Of a stretch of DNA of 27,967 nt, positions 1-6,162 are shown in pieces. Both the position numbers and the translations under genes were made by a program. This DNA comes from a virus. Its lineage: Duplodnaviria; Caudoviricetes. The notes beneath the pieces are model-generated. The model did not search any database, was not told the origin of the DNA, and worked only from the letters and a program-made list of their open reading frames with translations. Position 1 is the stretch's first letter. Each line of letters starts with the position of its first letter. The stretch spans positions 1 through 27,967 of IMG/VR virus record IMGVR_UViG_3300020044_007438; one strand, 5' to 3'.

Positions 1-164
1 GGCCGCTTGCCCGGTGCCTTGAACTCGATGAACAGGACGCGGCCTTGATAGAGGAACATGCGGTCGGGCTGCCCTTTCTGGTTCTGCCCGGCGAGCTTGA
101 GTGACAAGCAGCCCTTGGCCTTGGCGTATGCGCAGACTGCCTGTTCGATGGTGGACTCTCTCAT
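1..164 (-). CDS. VRR-NUC domain nuclease (Holliday junction resolvase-like), runs off the window edge
   Basis: Not in the ORF track. Manual translation from ATG 164: MRESTIEQAVCAYAKAKGCLSLKLAGQNQKGQPDRMFLYQGRVLFIEFKAPGKR, with the E..IE / G.PDR / FIEFK.PG pattern of VRR-NUC proteins. ATGA overlap with the stop of 161..658. Confidence 0.88.
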   Translation of the reverse strand, partial: MRESTIEQAVCAYAKAKGCLSLKLAGQNQKGQPDRMFLYQGRVLFIEFKAPGKR

Positions 165-658
165 GGTTTCTGGGTTAGGGATTGGAGGGCTTCGTCTGCG
201 ATCTTTACCGCATTTGCTACGGGAGCTGGATATTCTGGTTGCGGAACTCCAAGCTCATTCTTAATGCTCCGCAACGCCTCAGCCAGCCTGTCGCGCTGTG
301 CGGTGACTTCCGCTATCTTACTGAGTCTACCGCTGGCTATTTGTTTCCATGTTCCGTTCTCGTCCCGCGCCTCGTCTCGCTCGCGCAAGGCTTCAACCCG
401 TTCAGCTTTCGCTTTAACCCACGCTTCTTGAGTTATTTTCAAAACCTCTCGCGCCTCGTCGCGCTGTGCGGTGACGGTGGTCCAACACCTAAGAGCATGT
501 TCAAGATCACAAATCCGTTTAGCTTGGACATCCGCATAGGCATTGGCGGCTTTCCGAAACTCTTTCCAAAATGTAGCATCTTGTTCTTTGCTTCCTATGC
601 GACCGTATTTATTGACAAACGCTTGCACGTTTTTAGGCATTGTTAGTTTTTCACTCAT
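161..658 (-). CDS. Hypothetical coiled-coil protein, 'ERDEARE/VTAQRD' modular family
   Basis: 165-aa ORF with ATGA overlaps at both ends; contains VTAQRDEARE, ERDEARD, VTAQRDRLAEAL and C-terminal LQSLT blocks shared with the neighbouring gene. Confidence 0.8.
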   Translation of the reverse strand: MSEKLTMPKNVQAFVNKYGRIGSKEQDATFWKEFRKAANAYADVQAKRICDLEHALRCWTTVTAQRDEAREVLKITQEAWVKAKAERVEALRERDEARDENGTWKQIASGRLSKIAEVTAQRDRLAEALRSIKNELGVPQPEYPAPVANAVKIADEALQSLTQKP

Positions 659-795
659 TGTGATTTCGGGGTTAGGGATTGGAGGGTTGCACGCAATCCC
701 TCATACGCTAGCATGGTATTGTGTCTGCCTTTGGCTGCGATAAGTATGGTTGCTGCATTTACGGCTTCCGCCAGCCTGTCGCGCTGTGCGGTGAC
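282..795. repeat. 26-bp identical direct repeat GCCAGCCTGTCGCGCTGTGCGGTGAC (282-307, 770-795) with a partial copy at 458-475; also an 18-bp repeat GGGTTAGGGATTGGAGGG (172-189, 669-686)
   Basis: Read directly from the sequence; these encode the shared VTAQRDRLA and LQSLT blocks. Confidence 0.9.
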
Positions 796-1338
796 GGCGG
801 CGAGTTGGTTCTCGGCACGCGCGGCCATTTCGACTGCTACCTGCCATTTGTTTTGCCATCCGATGTTCTCCGCCTGCGCCTCACGCAAAAGCTCCCATGC
901 AGCCAGTTCGCATTGAGTGTCGTTCTCCTCCTCATCATCCGTGCGCCCGCGCCCCTCGGCAATGGACTGCCAGCGGATAGACTCCTCCCGCGCCTCGTCG
1001 CGCTCGCGCTTCAATACTGCGTTGGTTACTTTAAGGACTCGCTTGTATGCTTTTGCGTTTTCGGAATTCTTCCGCGCCTCGTCGCGCTGTTCAATCGCTT
1101 CACCGAGCGCATCCACGCACCGCATAGTCGCGGCAATTAGTCCAGATTCTCCCCATAGTTGGCTATTGGGATGGCCGCCAAGCTCGGCGCACATTTTAGC
1201 CTCAATTTTAACAAGGTGTTCCCGCGCCTCGTCCCGCTCGCGTTCTAGTTTGAGGGCGAAGTCAATATCAACAATCCATCCATGATTATCTGACCATTGG
1301 CTTATTTTATCGGTTTCAGGTGTTGGTAGTGTGTTCAT
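655..1338 (-). CDS. Hypothetical coiled-coil protein, 'ERDEARE/VTAQRD' modular family
   Basis: 227-aa ORF after an A/C-rich leader; TPETD...LERERDEARE, EQRDEAR, RERDEARE, VTAQRDRLAEA, LQSLT. Confidence 0.8.
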   Translation of the reverse strand: MNTLPTPETDKISQWSDNHGWIVDIDFALKLERERDEAREHLVKIEAKMCAELGGHPNSQLWGESGLIAATMRCVDALGEAIEQRDEARKNSENAKAYKRVLKVTNAVLKRERDEAREESIRWQSIAEGRGRTDDEEENDTQCELAAWELLREAQAENIGWQNKWQVAVEMAARAENQLAAVTAQRDRLAEAVNAATILIAAKGRHNTMLAYEGLRATLQSLTPKSQ

Positions 1339-1360
1339 AGTTTTGTGTTGGTTGGAGAAT

Positions 1361-1414
1361 ATCGAACAGGTCGATACACTGAACGCATTGCGTCAGTGAT
1401 CTTGGCTGTTGTGC
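1361..1414 (+). mobile_element. attC: Integron attC-like recombination site 1 (54 bp)
   Basis: R'' ATCGAAC (1361-1367), 5-nt spacer, arm GATACACTGA pairing with TCAGTGATC (1393-1401) with one extra base at L'' position 4, a second unpaired A, a short CGC/GCG stem-loop, 6-nt spacer, R' GTTGTGC (1408-1414). Confidence 0.78.
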
Positions 1415-1593
1415 AGAGAATCAGCCGCCAGTTCGCGGAGAGCTTGCCGTTTGATGTCAGCCTTACGAAGCCATTCACCACACAGCGACCGATATTGATT
1501 GCCGTGCCAGCCTCGCCGCCCGTTGAGATATTTTATCAGATCCGCCGCGCTCATGTCGGACGGAGCCGCTTTCGTTTTCGTTGGTGCTTTCAT
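1393..1593 (-). CDS. Small hypothetical protein (66 aa, MKAPTKTK...) ending inside attC1
   Basis: Part of track ORF 1393..1623; start moved to ATG 1593, which forms an ATGA overlap with the stop of 1590..1829. Confidence 0.6.
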   Translation of the reverse strand: MKAPTKTKAAPSDMSAADLIKYLNGRRGWHGNQYRSLCGEWLRKADIKRQALRELAADSLHNSQDH

Positions 1594-1850
1594 TTGGATT
1601 TTGGATGCCTTCCGGTTTTCCATTCTTCGCGCCCAATGATCCGGTGGTCATGGATGCGGTGGCGGTGTTCGCCGCACTTGATACAGACTTCCTCGCTCGG
1701 TGATCCAAAGCCGTTGATTGCTGTGATCGACCAGTCATGGCGGCATCGAAAAAGATGCACAACAAGACGTGTCATCCAACCACTATGAGCGGCGGAGTTT
1801 GTTACGAGATTGGAGTCGATTGCGCTCATAGTGGCGGATGCACATTTGCG
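1409..1850 (+). mobile_element. Putative integron gene cassette (442 bp) carrying antisense-oriented phage ORFs
   Basis: R' at its start (GTTGTGCA, 1408-1415) is the exact reverse complement of R'' at its end (TGCACAAC, 1756-1763), as expected for a cassette that recombines as a circle. Confidence 0.72.
1590..1829 (-). CDS. Small Cys/His-rich hypothetical protein (79 aa) starting inside attC2
   Basis: C.H.W...C..CG pattern (CRHDW...CIKCG), possibly metal binding; ATGA overlaps at both ends. Confidence 0.65.
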   Translation of the reverse strand: MSAIDSNLVTNSAAHSGWMTRLVVHLFRCRHDWSITAINGFGSPSEEVCIKCGEHRHRIHDHRIIGREEWKTGRHPKSK

Positions 1851-1856
1851 TTATCC
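1757..1856 (+). mobile_element. attC: Integron attC-like recombination site 2 (100 bp)
   Basis: R'' GCACAAC (1757-1763), spacer AAGAC, L'' GTGTCATCC pairing with L' GGATGCAC (1836-1843) with one extra base at position 4, perfect 12-bp arms CCACTATGAGCG (1780-1791)/CGCTCATAGTGG (1823-1834), spacer ATTTGC, R' GTTATCC (1850-1856). Confidence 0.85.
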
Positions 1857-2320
1857 ATGAATGAAGAGCCACTAGACGGGGACAGTTCCGAGGAAGTTTT
1901 CGCACAGATCGGCATCACGTTGCTTCTTGTGCAAGATTTCGAGTTCATGTTTGAACGTGCGTTGAAGCTTGTTTTCGCGGATTCGCATGAGCTAACGGCG
2001 GAGATTGTATTCAAGAAGGACAAGAGAAGCCTTGGCCTTTTGATGAGTGATTTACGGTTTTTCGCTGCCTCAAGCTGTTCCCGCGCCTCGTCCCGCTGCT
2101 CGGTGACAGCGGCGAGTTCCTCCCGCGCCCTGTCCCACTGTGCGGTGACGATGGTGAGTTCTCGTTCCAGACAATCAGCGTGATCGGTCATAATAGCGAA
2201 CGCCATTTCAGCGTCTTTTTGATCGGATTTTTTAACTACATGATCTGTTCTCGGTGTGTCGTTCATCTTGCGGATTTGTTCGTGGATTGGGCTGTCGCTC
2301 CATGTTTGGGGTGTGTTCAT
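1826..2320 (-). CDS. Third 'ERDEARE' family protein; C-terminal ~75 aa read antisense through the cassette remnant
   Basis: TPRTD...LERELTIVTAQWDRARE...AVTEQRDEARE, then a Ser-rich tail; stop inside attC2; ATGA overlaps at both ends. Confidence 0.7.
   Translation of the reverse strand: MNTPQTWSDSPIHEQIRKMNDTPRTDHVVKKSDQKDAEMAFAIMTDHADCLERELTIVTAQWDRAREELAAVTEQRDEAREQLEAAKNRKSLIKRPRLLLSFLNTISAVSSCESAKTSFNARSNMNSKSCTRSNVMPICAKTSSELSPSSGSSFMDNANVHPPL
1857..2057 (+). pseudogene. Truncated cassette-type ORF fragment (MNEEPLDGDSSEEVFAQIGITLLLVQDFEFMFERALKLVF...KRSLGLLMSDLR)
   Basis: ATG lies immediately after R' of attC2. It reads like a helical globular protein for ~67 codons and then runs into the antisense of the ERDEARE repeats; no closing attC was seen. 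End coordinate is approximate. Confidence 0.55.
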
Positions 2321-3024
2321 CGGCTCGAAACGATTGGTTTTTTGAATGCGCGGATGCCGTATGCCTTAGTTAGCGTCTCTGGATCTTCGCCTTGGCTTTC
2401 AAGTGCTTTGATCCAGTCCAATACTGGCGTGCGGCGAACAGTAATTTCGCAAGCAGGGCGAAGATTCATAAAGACCTTGTCTTCGTCCATCACCTCAAAA
2501 TCCCACGCGAACCGCACGCCCTCGGCGACCTTGGTTGCGGCGACCTCGTTGGATGCTTGCAGTTTCTCGGCAATAGCACGCTTTGCAGCAAGGACGGCAG
2601 CGATGCCACCCTCCTCGGCGGCTTCACGGGCGGCCCGGGCTGCCTCGAACGCGGCACGCTCGGCGGCCTCCTTCTCAGCCTTGATCCGCAGCACCTCCTC
2701 GGCGTGCTTGCCGACAAGCTGCTTGATGCGTCCCTCCTCGGCGGTGATCTCGATCAAAAACTCGGCGGCGGCCTGGTCGATCATCTTGCCGATGCGGTTG
2801 ACCGGCTCCTTTACGAGCTTCCTGCTCTTCTCCACCTCGATCCGCATCGCGGCGAGCTGGCGGGTGTGGAACTGCGCCCGTGCGCTGTCGTCGTTGTCGC
2901 CGACGGCGGTGATGCCTGCCGAGTTGGCGAGGATCTCAGCTTTGCGAGCTTCGGCCTCAGGCGAGATGGTCAGTTGGTAGCCATCCCCAGCGAGGATGAG
3001 GGGCATTAGTTCGGTGGTGTTCAT
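2317..3024 (-). CDS. Coiled-coil phage early protein (235 aa), possibly DUF1351/Gam-like
   Basis: Track ORF 2317..3099, start moved to MNTTELM (ATG 3024, ATGA overlap). Long helical region (RKLVKEPV...ID...EEGRIK) and a C-terminal WDFEV.D...GIR block; family assignment tentative. Confidence 0.6.
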   Translation of the reverse strand: MNTTELMPLILAGDGYQLTISPEAEARKAEILANSAGITAVGDNDDSARAQFHTRQLAAMRIEVEKSRKLVKEPVNRIGKMIDQAAAEFLIEITAEEGRIKQLVGKHAEEVLRIKAEKEAAERAAFEAARAAREAAEEGGIAAVLAAKRAIAEKLQASNEVAATKVAEGVRFAWDFEVMDEDKVFMNLRPACEITVRRTPVLDWIKALESQGEDPETLTKAYGIRAFKKPIVSSR

Positions 3025-3194
3025 GGTTGGTTGATTTCTTCGATTGTTTCTTGTTGGTATCCATACCCAAGCAGGGCTGGCACGATGACATCCTGCCATA
3101 GCTCGTGAATGTTTAAGTCGTCATTGCCAACGGCGATCTCGACGGCGTGGCTGTATTTCGGTTCTGAATGCGTTGTCTCTAGTCGTATTTTCAT
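3021..3194 (-). CDS. Small hypothetical protein (57 aa)
   Basis: Not in the ORF track: MKIRLETTHSEPKYSHAVEIAVGNDDLNIHELWQDVIVPALLGYGYQQETIEEINQP. Fills the gap, has an A/C-rich leader, and its stop overlaps ATG 3024. Confidence 0.7.
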   Translation of the reverse strand: MKIRLETTHSEPKYSHAVEIAVGNDDLNIHELWQDVIVPALLGYGYQQETIEEINQP

Positions 3195-3213
3195 GTTGTT
3201 TGTTGGTTGGTGT

Positions 3214-3402
3214 CTATTTGTAACGAAGAGCGGTTTGCCTGCCGGGCTTGCGTTTCTTGTCGCGCTCCTTTTTCTCGACTAAGAGCTGGAGAGCGCGGAT
3301 ATGGTCGCGGGTGCCGGGTTTGTCAATGTCGGGCGACTTTCTGAGGTCACGCAGGATCGCATTGATCGTGGCCATGCTTAGGGTGTGGTCGTAGGTCTTC
3401 AT
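3214..3402 (-). CDS. Small basic hypothetical protein (62 aa, MKTYDHTL...)
   Basis: Track ORF 3214..3453, start moved to ATG 3402 (ATGA overlap). Confidence 0.65.
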   Translation of the reverse strand: MKTYDHTLSMATINAILRDLRKSPDIDKPGTRDHIRALQLLVEKKERDKKRKPGRQTALRYK

Positions 3403-3656
3403 GCGTTCTTGTTTTGGTTGATTGCCAAGAAATGCCGTCCTTCCTTGCCGCACTTATCACAACCGAAAAGTCGCTCTAGCCTAGAGATTTCCCTTCGTTC
3501 GGACTCGCAAATTAGTTCCGTGAATGTCTGCACTGTTTCGCCAGTCACAAGGGATAGTTTTGACCTTAAGGGGCGAGCGCAAATATCCATGTTCCTGATG
3601 TATTTGTTGCGTTGGCAATGTTTGCAATTTTTGCAAATAGGGGTGTATGTGTTCAT
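3399..3656 (-). CDS. Cys-rich small protein (CxxCxxC...C...C...CGxEGRHF)
   Basis: 85 aa, ATGA overlaps at both ends, Cys pattern suggests metal binding. Confidence 0.7.
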   Translation of the reverse strand: MNTYTPICKNCKHCQRNKYIRNMDICARPLRSKLSLVTGETVQTFTELICESERREISRLERLFGCDKCGKEGRHFLAINQNKNA

Positions 3657-3826
3657 GGGTTCGGAAATGGTCGGGGTGTGTCCTGCGTGATGTGTCCGGT
3701 GCAGATGCAGCAGCCGGTCAGCAGGAGGCGGCAGTGGTATTTGTGGCAGTGTGCGCAGTGGTTCGGTGGGGTGACGCGCTCGCGGGCTTTGGCGGCCTTC
3801 TCGATGAGCGCCTGCCGGATGCTCAG
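3653..3826 (-). CDS. Small Cys/His-rich hypothetical protein; start uncertain (possible CTG at 3826)
   Basis: 3' part of track ORF 3653..4033 (HCAHCHKYHC...CCIC); fills the gap and its stop overlaps ATG 3656. Confidence 0.45.
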   Translation of the reverse strand: MSIRQALIEKAAKARERVTPPNHCAHCHKYHCRLLLTGCCICTGHITQDTPRPFPNP

Positions 3827-4296
3827 AACGGCTGATTGGCCGTCGCCTTGCCGGGGTAGTCCCAGAGCGTCCAGGGCAGGCGATGGAGCAGGATCGGCGG
3901 CAGTCCGTCGCGGTCTGCCCGGATCGCCAGCCAAATAACGTCCGAATCCAGCGGATCGCGCATCACGCAGAGCTGACTCTCGAATGCGTTCATCGCTTCG
4001 TGCCACGTCTCGACCTCCTGTGGGGCGTTGCACGGGGTCAGTGGGATTGCCTCCCCCTCCGGCTGCGAAAGGCTGCGGAGCGCAGCGTGGTGCGCCTTGG
4101 TGGCCACCTCCGCAGGTTGCAGCGGGGTCTTGGCACTCAGCACCAGCCCCGCCCTGCGCTTTCCCGCCGCTGGCGGGTCGATGCGGTTGATGGCTGCCTC
4201 TAGCTTGAGGTCAGGCTGGGCGGCGGGTGGTGCGGCTGCCGGTGGCTGTGCAGCGGCGGCTTTTTTGGCGGCGATGATTTCGGCGATGGTTGGCAT
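3823..4296 (-). CDS. Hypothetical protein (157 aa, MPTIAEIIAAKK...)
   Basis: Track ORF 3823..4365; start moved downstream of the terminator hairpin. Ala/Pro-rich N-terminus. Confidence 0.7.
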   Translation of the reverse strand: MPTIAEIIAAKKAAAAQPPAAAPPAAQPDLKLEAAINRIDPPAAGKRRAGLVLSAKTPLQPAEVATKAHHAALRSLSQPEGEAIPLTPCNAPQEVETWHEAMNAFESQLCVMRDPLDSDVIWLAIRADRDGLPPILLHRLPWTLWDYPGKATANQPF

Positions 4297-4316
4297 GGCG
4301 GTTGGTAGTCTCGCCC

Positions 4317-4349
4317 AGAAAACCCCACCCCGCATCGCGCAGGGTGAGG
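4317..4349 (-). terminator. Rho-independent terminator after the SSB-like gene
   Basis: Minus strand CCTCACCCTGC-GCGAT-GCGGGGTGGGG-TTTTCT: 11-bp stem with two G-U pairs and a short U tract. Confidence 0.7.
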
Positions 4350-4377
4350 CGTGCCATGCAAGCACTTGTCCCGGAGA

Positions 4378-5061
4378 TCAGTAATCGGAGTGGCCGAGGA
4401 TGTCAGCCAGCTCGGTGAGAGCAGCCACGAGCGCAGCGTCGTCGCCCTTGTTGTCGGCCTTGGCTTTCGGCAGCCACTTGTCGATCAGGCTGGCTACGCC
4501 TACCTCGTCAACCTCGCCAAGAGCCTTGCCCTTGTATTTGCCGACATGGACGATGACCGACTCCCAGCCGGACGCTTCGGCTTTCGCCTCGGTCTGCTCG
4601 GTAGGTGCGTCGGTGTCGCGGTCGCGGATGCGCTTGTATTTGCCGCTTGGCTTGAGTGCCTTGTCCTTGTCGGGGGCGATGAACGAGATGTTCGCGTATG
4701 TGCGATCATCTTTCGTCTCATGCTGGATGATGAGTTTGACCCCGTGGCCGATCAGTGATTCCATGTCGAACTCGTCGAGTTCAAGCTGGGTCAGGTCGCG
4801 CCCCATCATTTTCTTGAGGTCTTTCCGCAGAGCTGCCTTCTCGTTGAGCGATGGCGTGTAGCCACGGCTCCAGATGCAGAAACGGCGGTCGTTTTCCTCA
4901 TCCATGCACTCGGTTTCAAAGACGAGTCGGAACTCTTCTTTTTCCCCGAATGCAGTCATGCGCTTTTTCAGCTCGGTTATGTCCACCAACACACCCTTGA
5001 TGGGGGCATCGGTTGCGGGGTGAGGCTGGAAGTTACTGTTTCTTTTTTCGCTTAGTTTCAT
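4378..5061 (-). CDS. Putative ssDNA-binding/replication protein with a C-terminal GKYKG mini-domain
   Basis: Start moved to MKLSEKR (5061). RLVFET...YTPSLNEKAALRK...FDMESLIG...YANI resembles phage SSB-like OB-fold proteins; C-terminal VHVGKYKGKALGEV resembles the small FGKYKG domain. Confidence 0.62.
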   Translation of the reverse strand: MKLSEKRNSNFQPHPATDAPIKGVLVDITELKKRMTAFGEKEEFRLVFETECMDEENDRRFCIWSRGYTPSLNEKAALRKDLKKMMGRDLTQLELDEFDMESLIGHGVKLIIQHETKDDRTYANISFIAPDKDKALKPSGKYKRIRDRDTDAPTEQTEAKAEASGWESVIVHVGKYKGKALGEVDEVGVASLIDKWLPKAKADNKGDDAALVAALTELADILGHSDY

Positions 5062-5062
5062 A

Positions 5063-5083
5063 TTGTTGTTGTTGTTGTTGTTG
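5063..5083. repeat. (TTG)7 / (CAA)7 microsatellite directly upstream of the start codon at 5061
   Basis: Read directly from the sequence. Confidence 0.9.
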
Positions 5084-5090
5084 GAGAGGG

Positions 5091-5339
5091 TTAGCGGCTG
5101 GAGCAATGCACAAGCACTGCGGTGGCGACGAGGATTAGCAGGGCGACGGCGAGGCTTGCGGTAATGCGCCCGCTTGCGTCGGGTGCCGGGTGTGCGTAGG
5201 TCGAGCGGCGCACGGGCTTACTCAGCTCGTCGATCTGGAATCGAAGCAGCGGGTCAGGTTGATACCTAAGCTGCTCGTCGAGGTTGACTGGACGGAACTT
5301 GTCCTGCCCGGGTGTGATGTCGTTGTTGTCTGTTTTCAT
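5091..5339 (-). CDS. Small protein with a C-terminal transmembrane helix (82 aa)
   Basis: MKTDNND... ending ITASLAVALLILVATAVLVHC; A/C-rich leader. Confidence 0.65.
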   Translation of the reverse strand: MKTDNNDITPGQDKFRPVNLDEQLRYQPDPLLRFQIDELSKPVRRSTYAHPAPDASGRITASLAVALLILVATAVLVHCSSR

Positions 5340-5371
5340 GGTGTTATTGGTGGTGAGAACAATGTTGCGCA

Positions 5372-5578
5372 TTATTCGCGCTCAGGTAAGTTTTCGAGAA
5401 CTATCTCGCGCACTTCGTCGATCTCAGCCTCCGTAAGCTCGATGTCGTCGCTGTCGTAGTGTGCATGTAGAATCTCGATGTCGGCGTGCTCTTCGGGCTG
5501 CATGTATGTGGCTGGCGTGCCAGGGATGTATCGCGCCTCAACGGTGATCTCAATCTCGCGGTAGATGGTAATGGTCAT
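5372..5578 (-). CDS. Small acidic hypothetical protein (68 aa, MTITIYREIEITVEARY...)
   Basis: 3' part of track ORF 5372..5689; ATG 5578 forms an ATGA overlap. Confidence 0.72.
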   Translation of the reverse strand: MTITIYREIEITVEARYIPGTPATYMQPEEHADIEILHAHYDSDDIELTEAEIDEVREIVLENLPERE

Positions 5579-5751
5579 TTCGCGTATTTTTGAAGGTTGT
5601 CCATGATGCGCTTGATTTGCTTGGCTGCGGTAGCGGGCGGAATGTCGCCGCGCTCGCTGCATACGCGAATACTTTCGACGGCCTCGCAAGAGCGGTAAAG
5701 CGCGGCAGCCAGAGCTGACAGGCGGGCGGGGGTGATCGTGTCTTTGGTCAT
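5575..5751 (-). CDS. Small hypothetical protein (58 aa)
   Basis: Not in the ORF track: MTKDTITPARLSALAAALYRSCEAVESIRVCSERGDIPPATAAKQIKRIMDNLQKYAK; its stop overlaps ATG 5578. Confidence 0.65.
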   Translation of the reverse strand: MTKDTITPARLSALAAALYRSCEAVESIRVCSERGDIPPATAAKQIKRIMDNLQKYAK

Positions 5752-5767
5752 GTTAGTAAGAAGGATG

Positions 5768-5788
5768 GCCGAGGGATCGAACCTCGGC
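5768..5788 (-). promoter_or_regulatory. Intergenic hairpin with a tRNA T-loop-like loop (GCCGAGG-TTCGATC-CCTCGGC)
   Basis: Perfect 7-bp stem, 7-nt TTCGATC loop, no U tract; function inferred only. Confidence 0.5.
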
Positions 5789-5796
5789 GGGGTGGG

Positions 5797-6003
5797 TTAG
5801 CGGGCAAGCATGTTAACGAACTCACCAGTGAGCTTGCGGTAGAACATCGCGGTGTAAGTGCGGCGTTGGCGACCTGTTGGATTACTGACTCCAAGGTAGA
5901 GGTTGGATTCAAAGCCTTTTTTCAGAAGCTCTTCAGCAAGGAATTTTCCGGCTGGATCAACTGACTGCATAGTGAATGTGCGGGCGAAGGATTCGGTTGT
6001 CAT
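5797..6003 (-). CDS. Hypothetical protein (68 aa), probable first early gene
   Basis: MTTESFARTF...; follows the AT-rich intergenic region; A/C-rich leader. Confidence 0.7.
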   Translation of the reverse strand: MTTESFARTFTMQSVDPAGKFLAEELLKKGFESNLYLGVSNPTGRQRRTYTAMFYRKLTGEFVNMLAR

Positions 6004-6162
6004 GTTCGTATTGGTGTTAATTGTTGTTGGCGTTGCTCTCGGCAACAGGGACAAGCTAGGCATTGCCGAACGAAATGAAAAGACATTTCTGCAATTATTT
6101 TTACGCGATCCGAGAAATGCTTTATTCCACTAGGGAAAACGGGCGAAAAAAAGTTTACGGAA
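6004..6162 (-). promoter_or_regulatory. AT-rich intergenic region at the late/early boundary; probable early promoter
   Basis: Largest non-coding gap in the left half; candidate -10 TAGCTT (6058-6053), a weak -35 and upstream A/T tracts. Confidence 0.4.

Noticed and set aside
143-149. GTTCGAT, complementary to R'' of attC1 (ATCGAAC), as the left end of a second cassette
   Set aside because: It lies inside the VRR-NUC coding sequence with no attC hairpin before it, and a 7-mer match within ~1.3 kb is plausible by chance.
282-1240. Repeats read as a CRISPR array or DGR template/variable repeats
   Set aside because: Spacing is irregular and the copies are in-frame coding blocks. No cas or reverse transcriptase gene is present and no adenine-specific mismatch pattern was noticed.
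1254-1265. TTGACTTCGCCC (and TTGACTTCGCG near 7645) as extra late-promoter copies
   Set aside because: One base short of the consensus, inside coding sequence, and explained by Asp-Phe-Ala codons.
5740-5830. tRNA gene around the TTCGATC loop
   Set aside because: No acceptor, D or anticodon arms; the flanks are coding.
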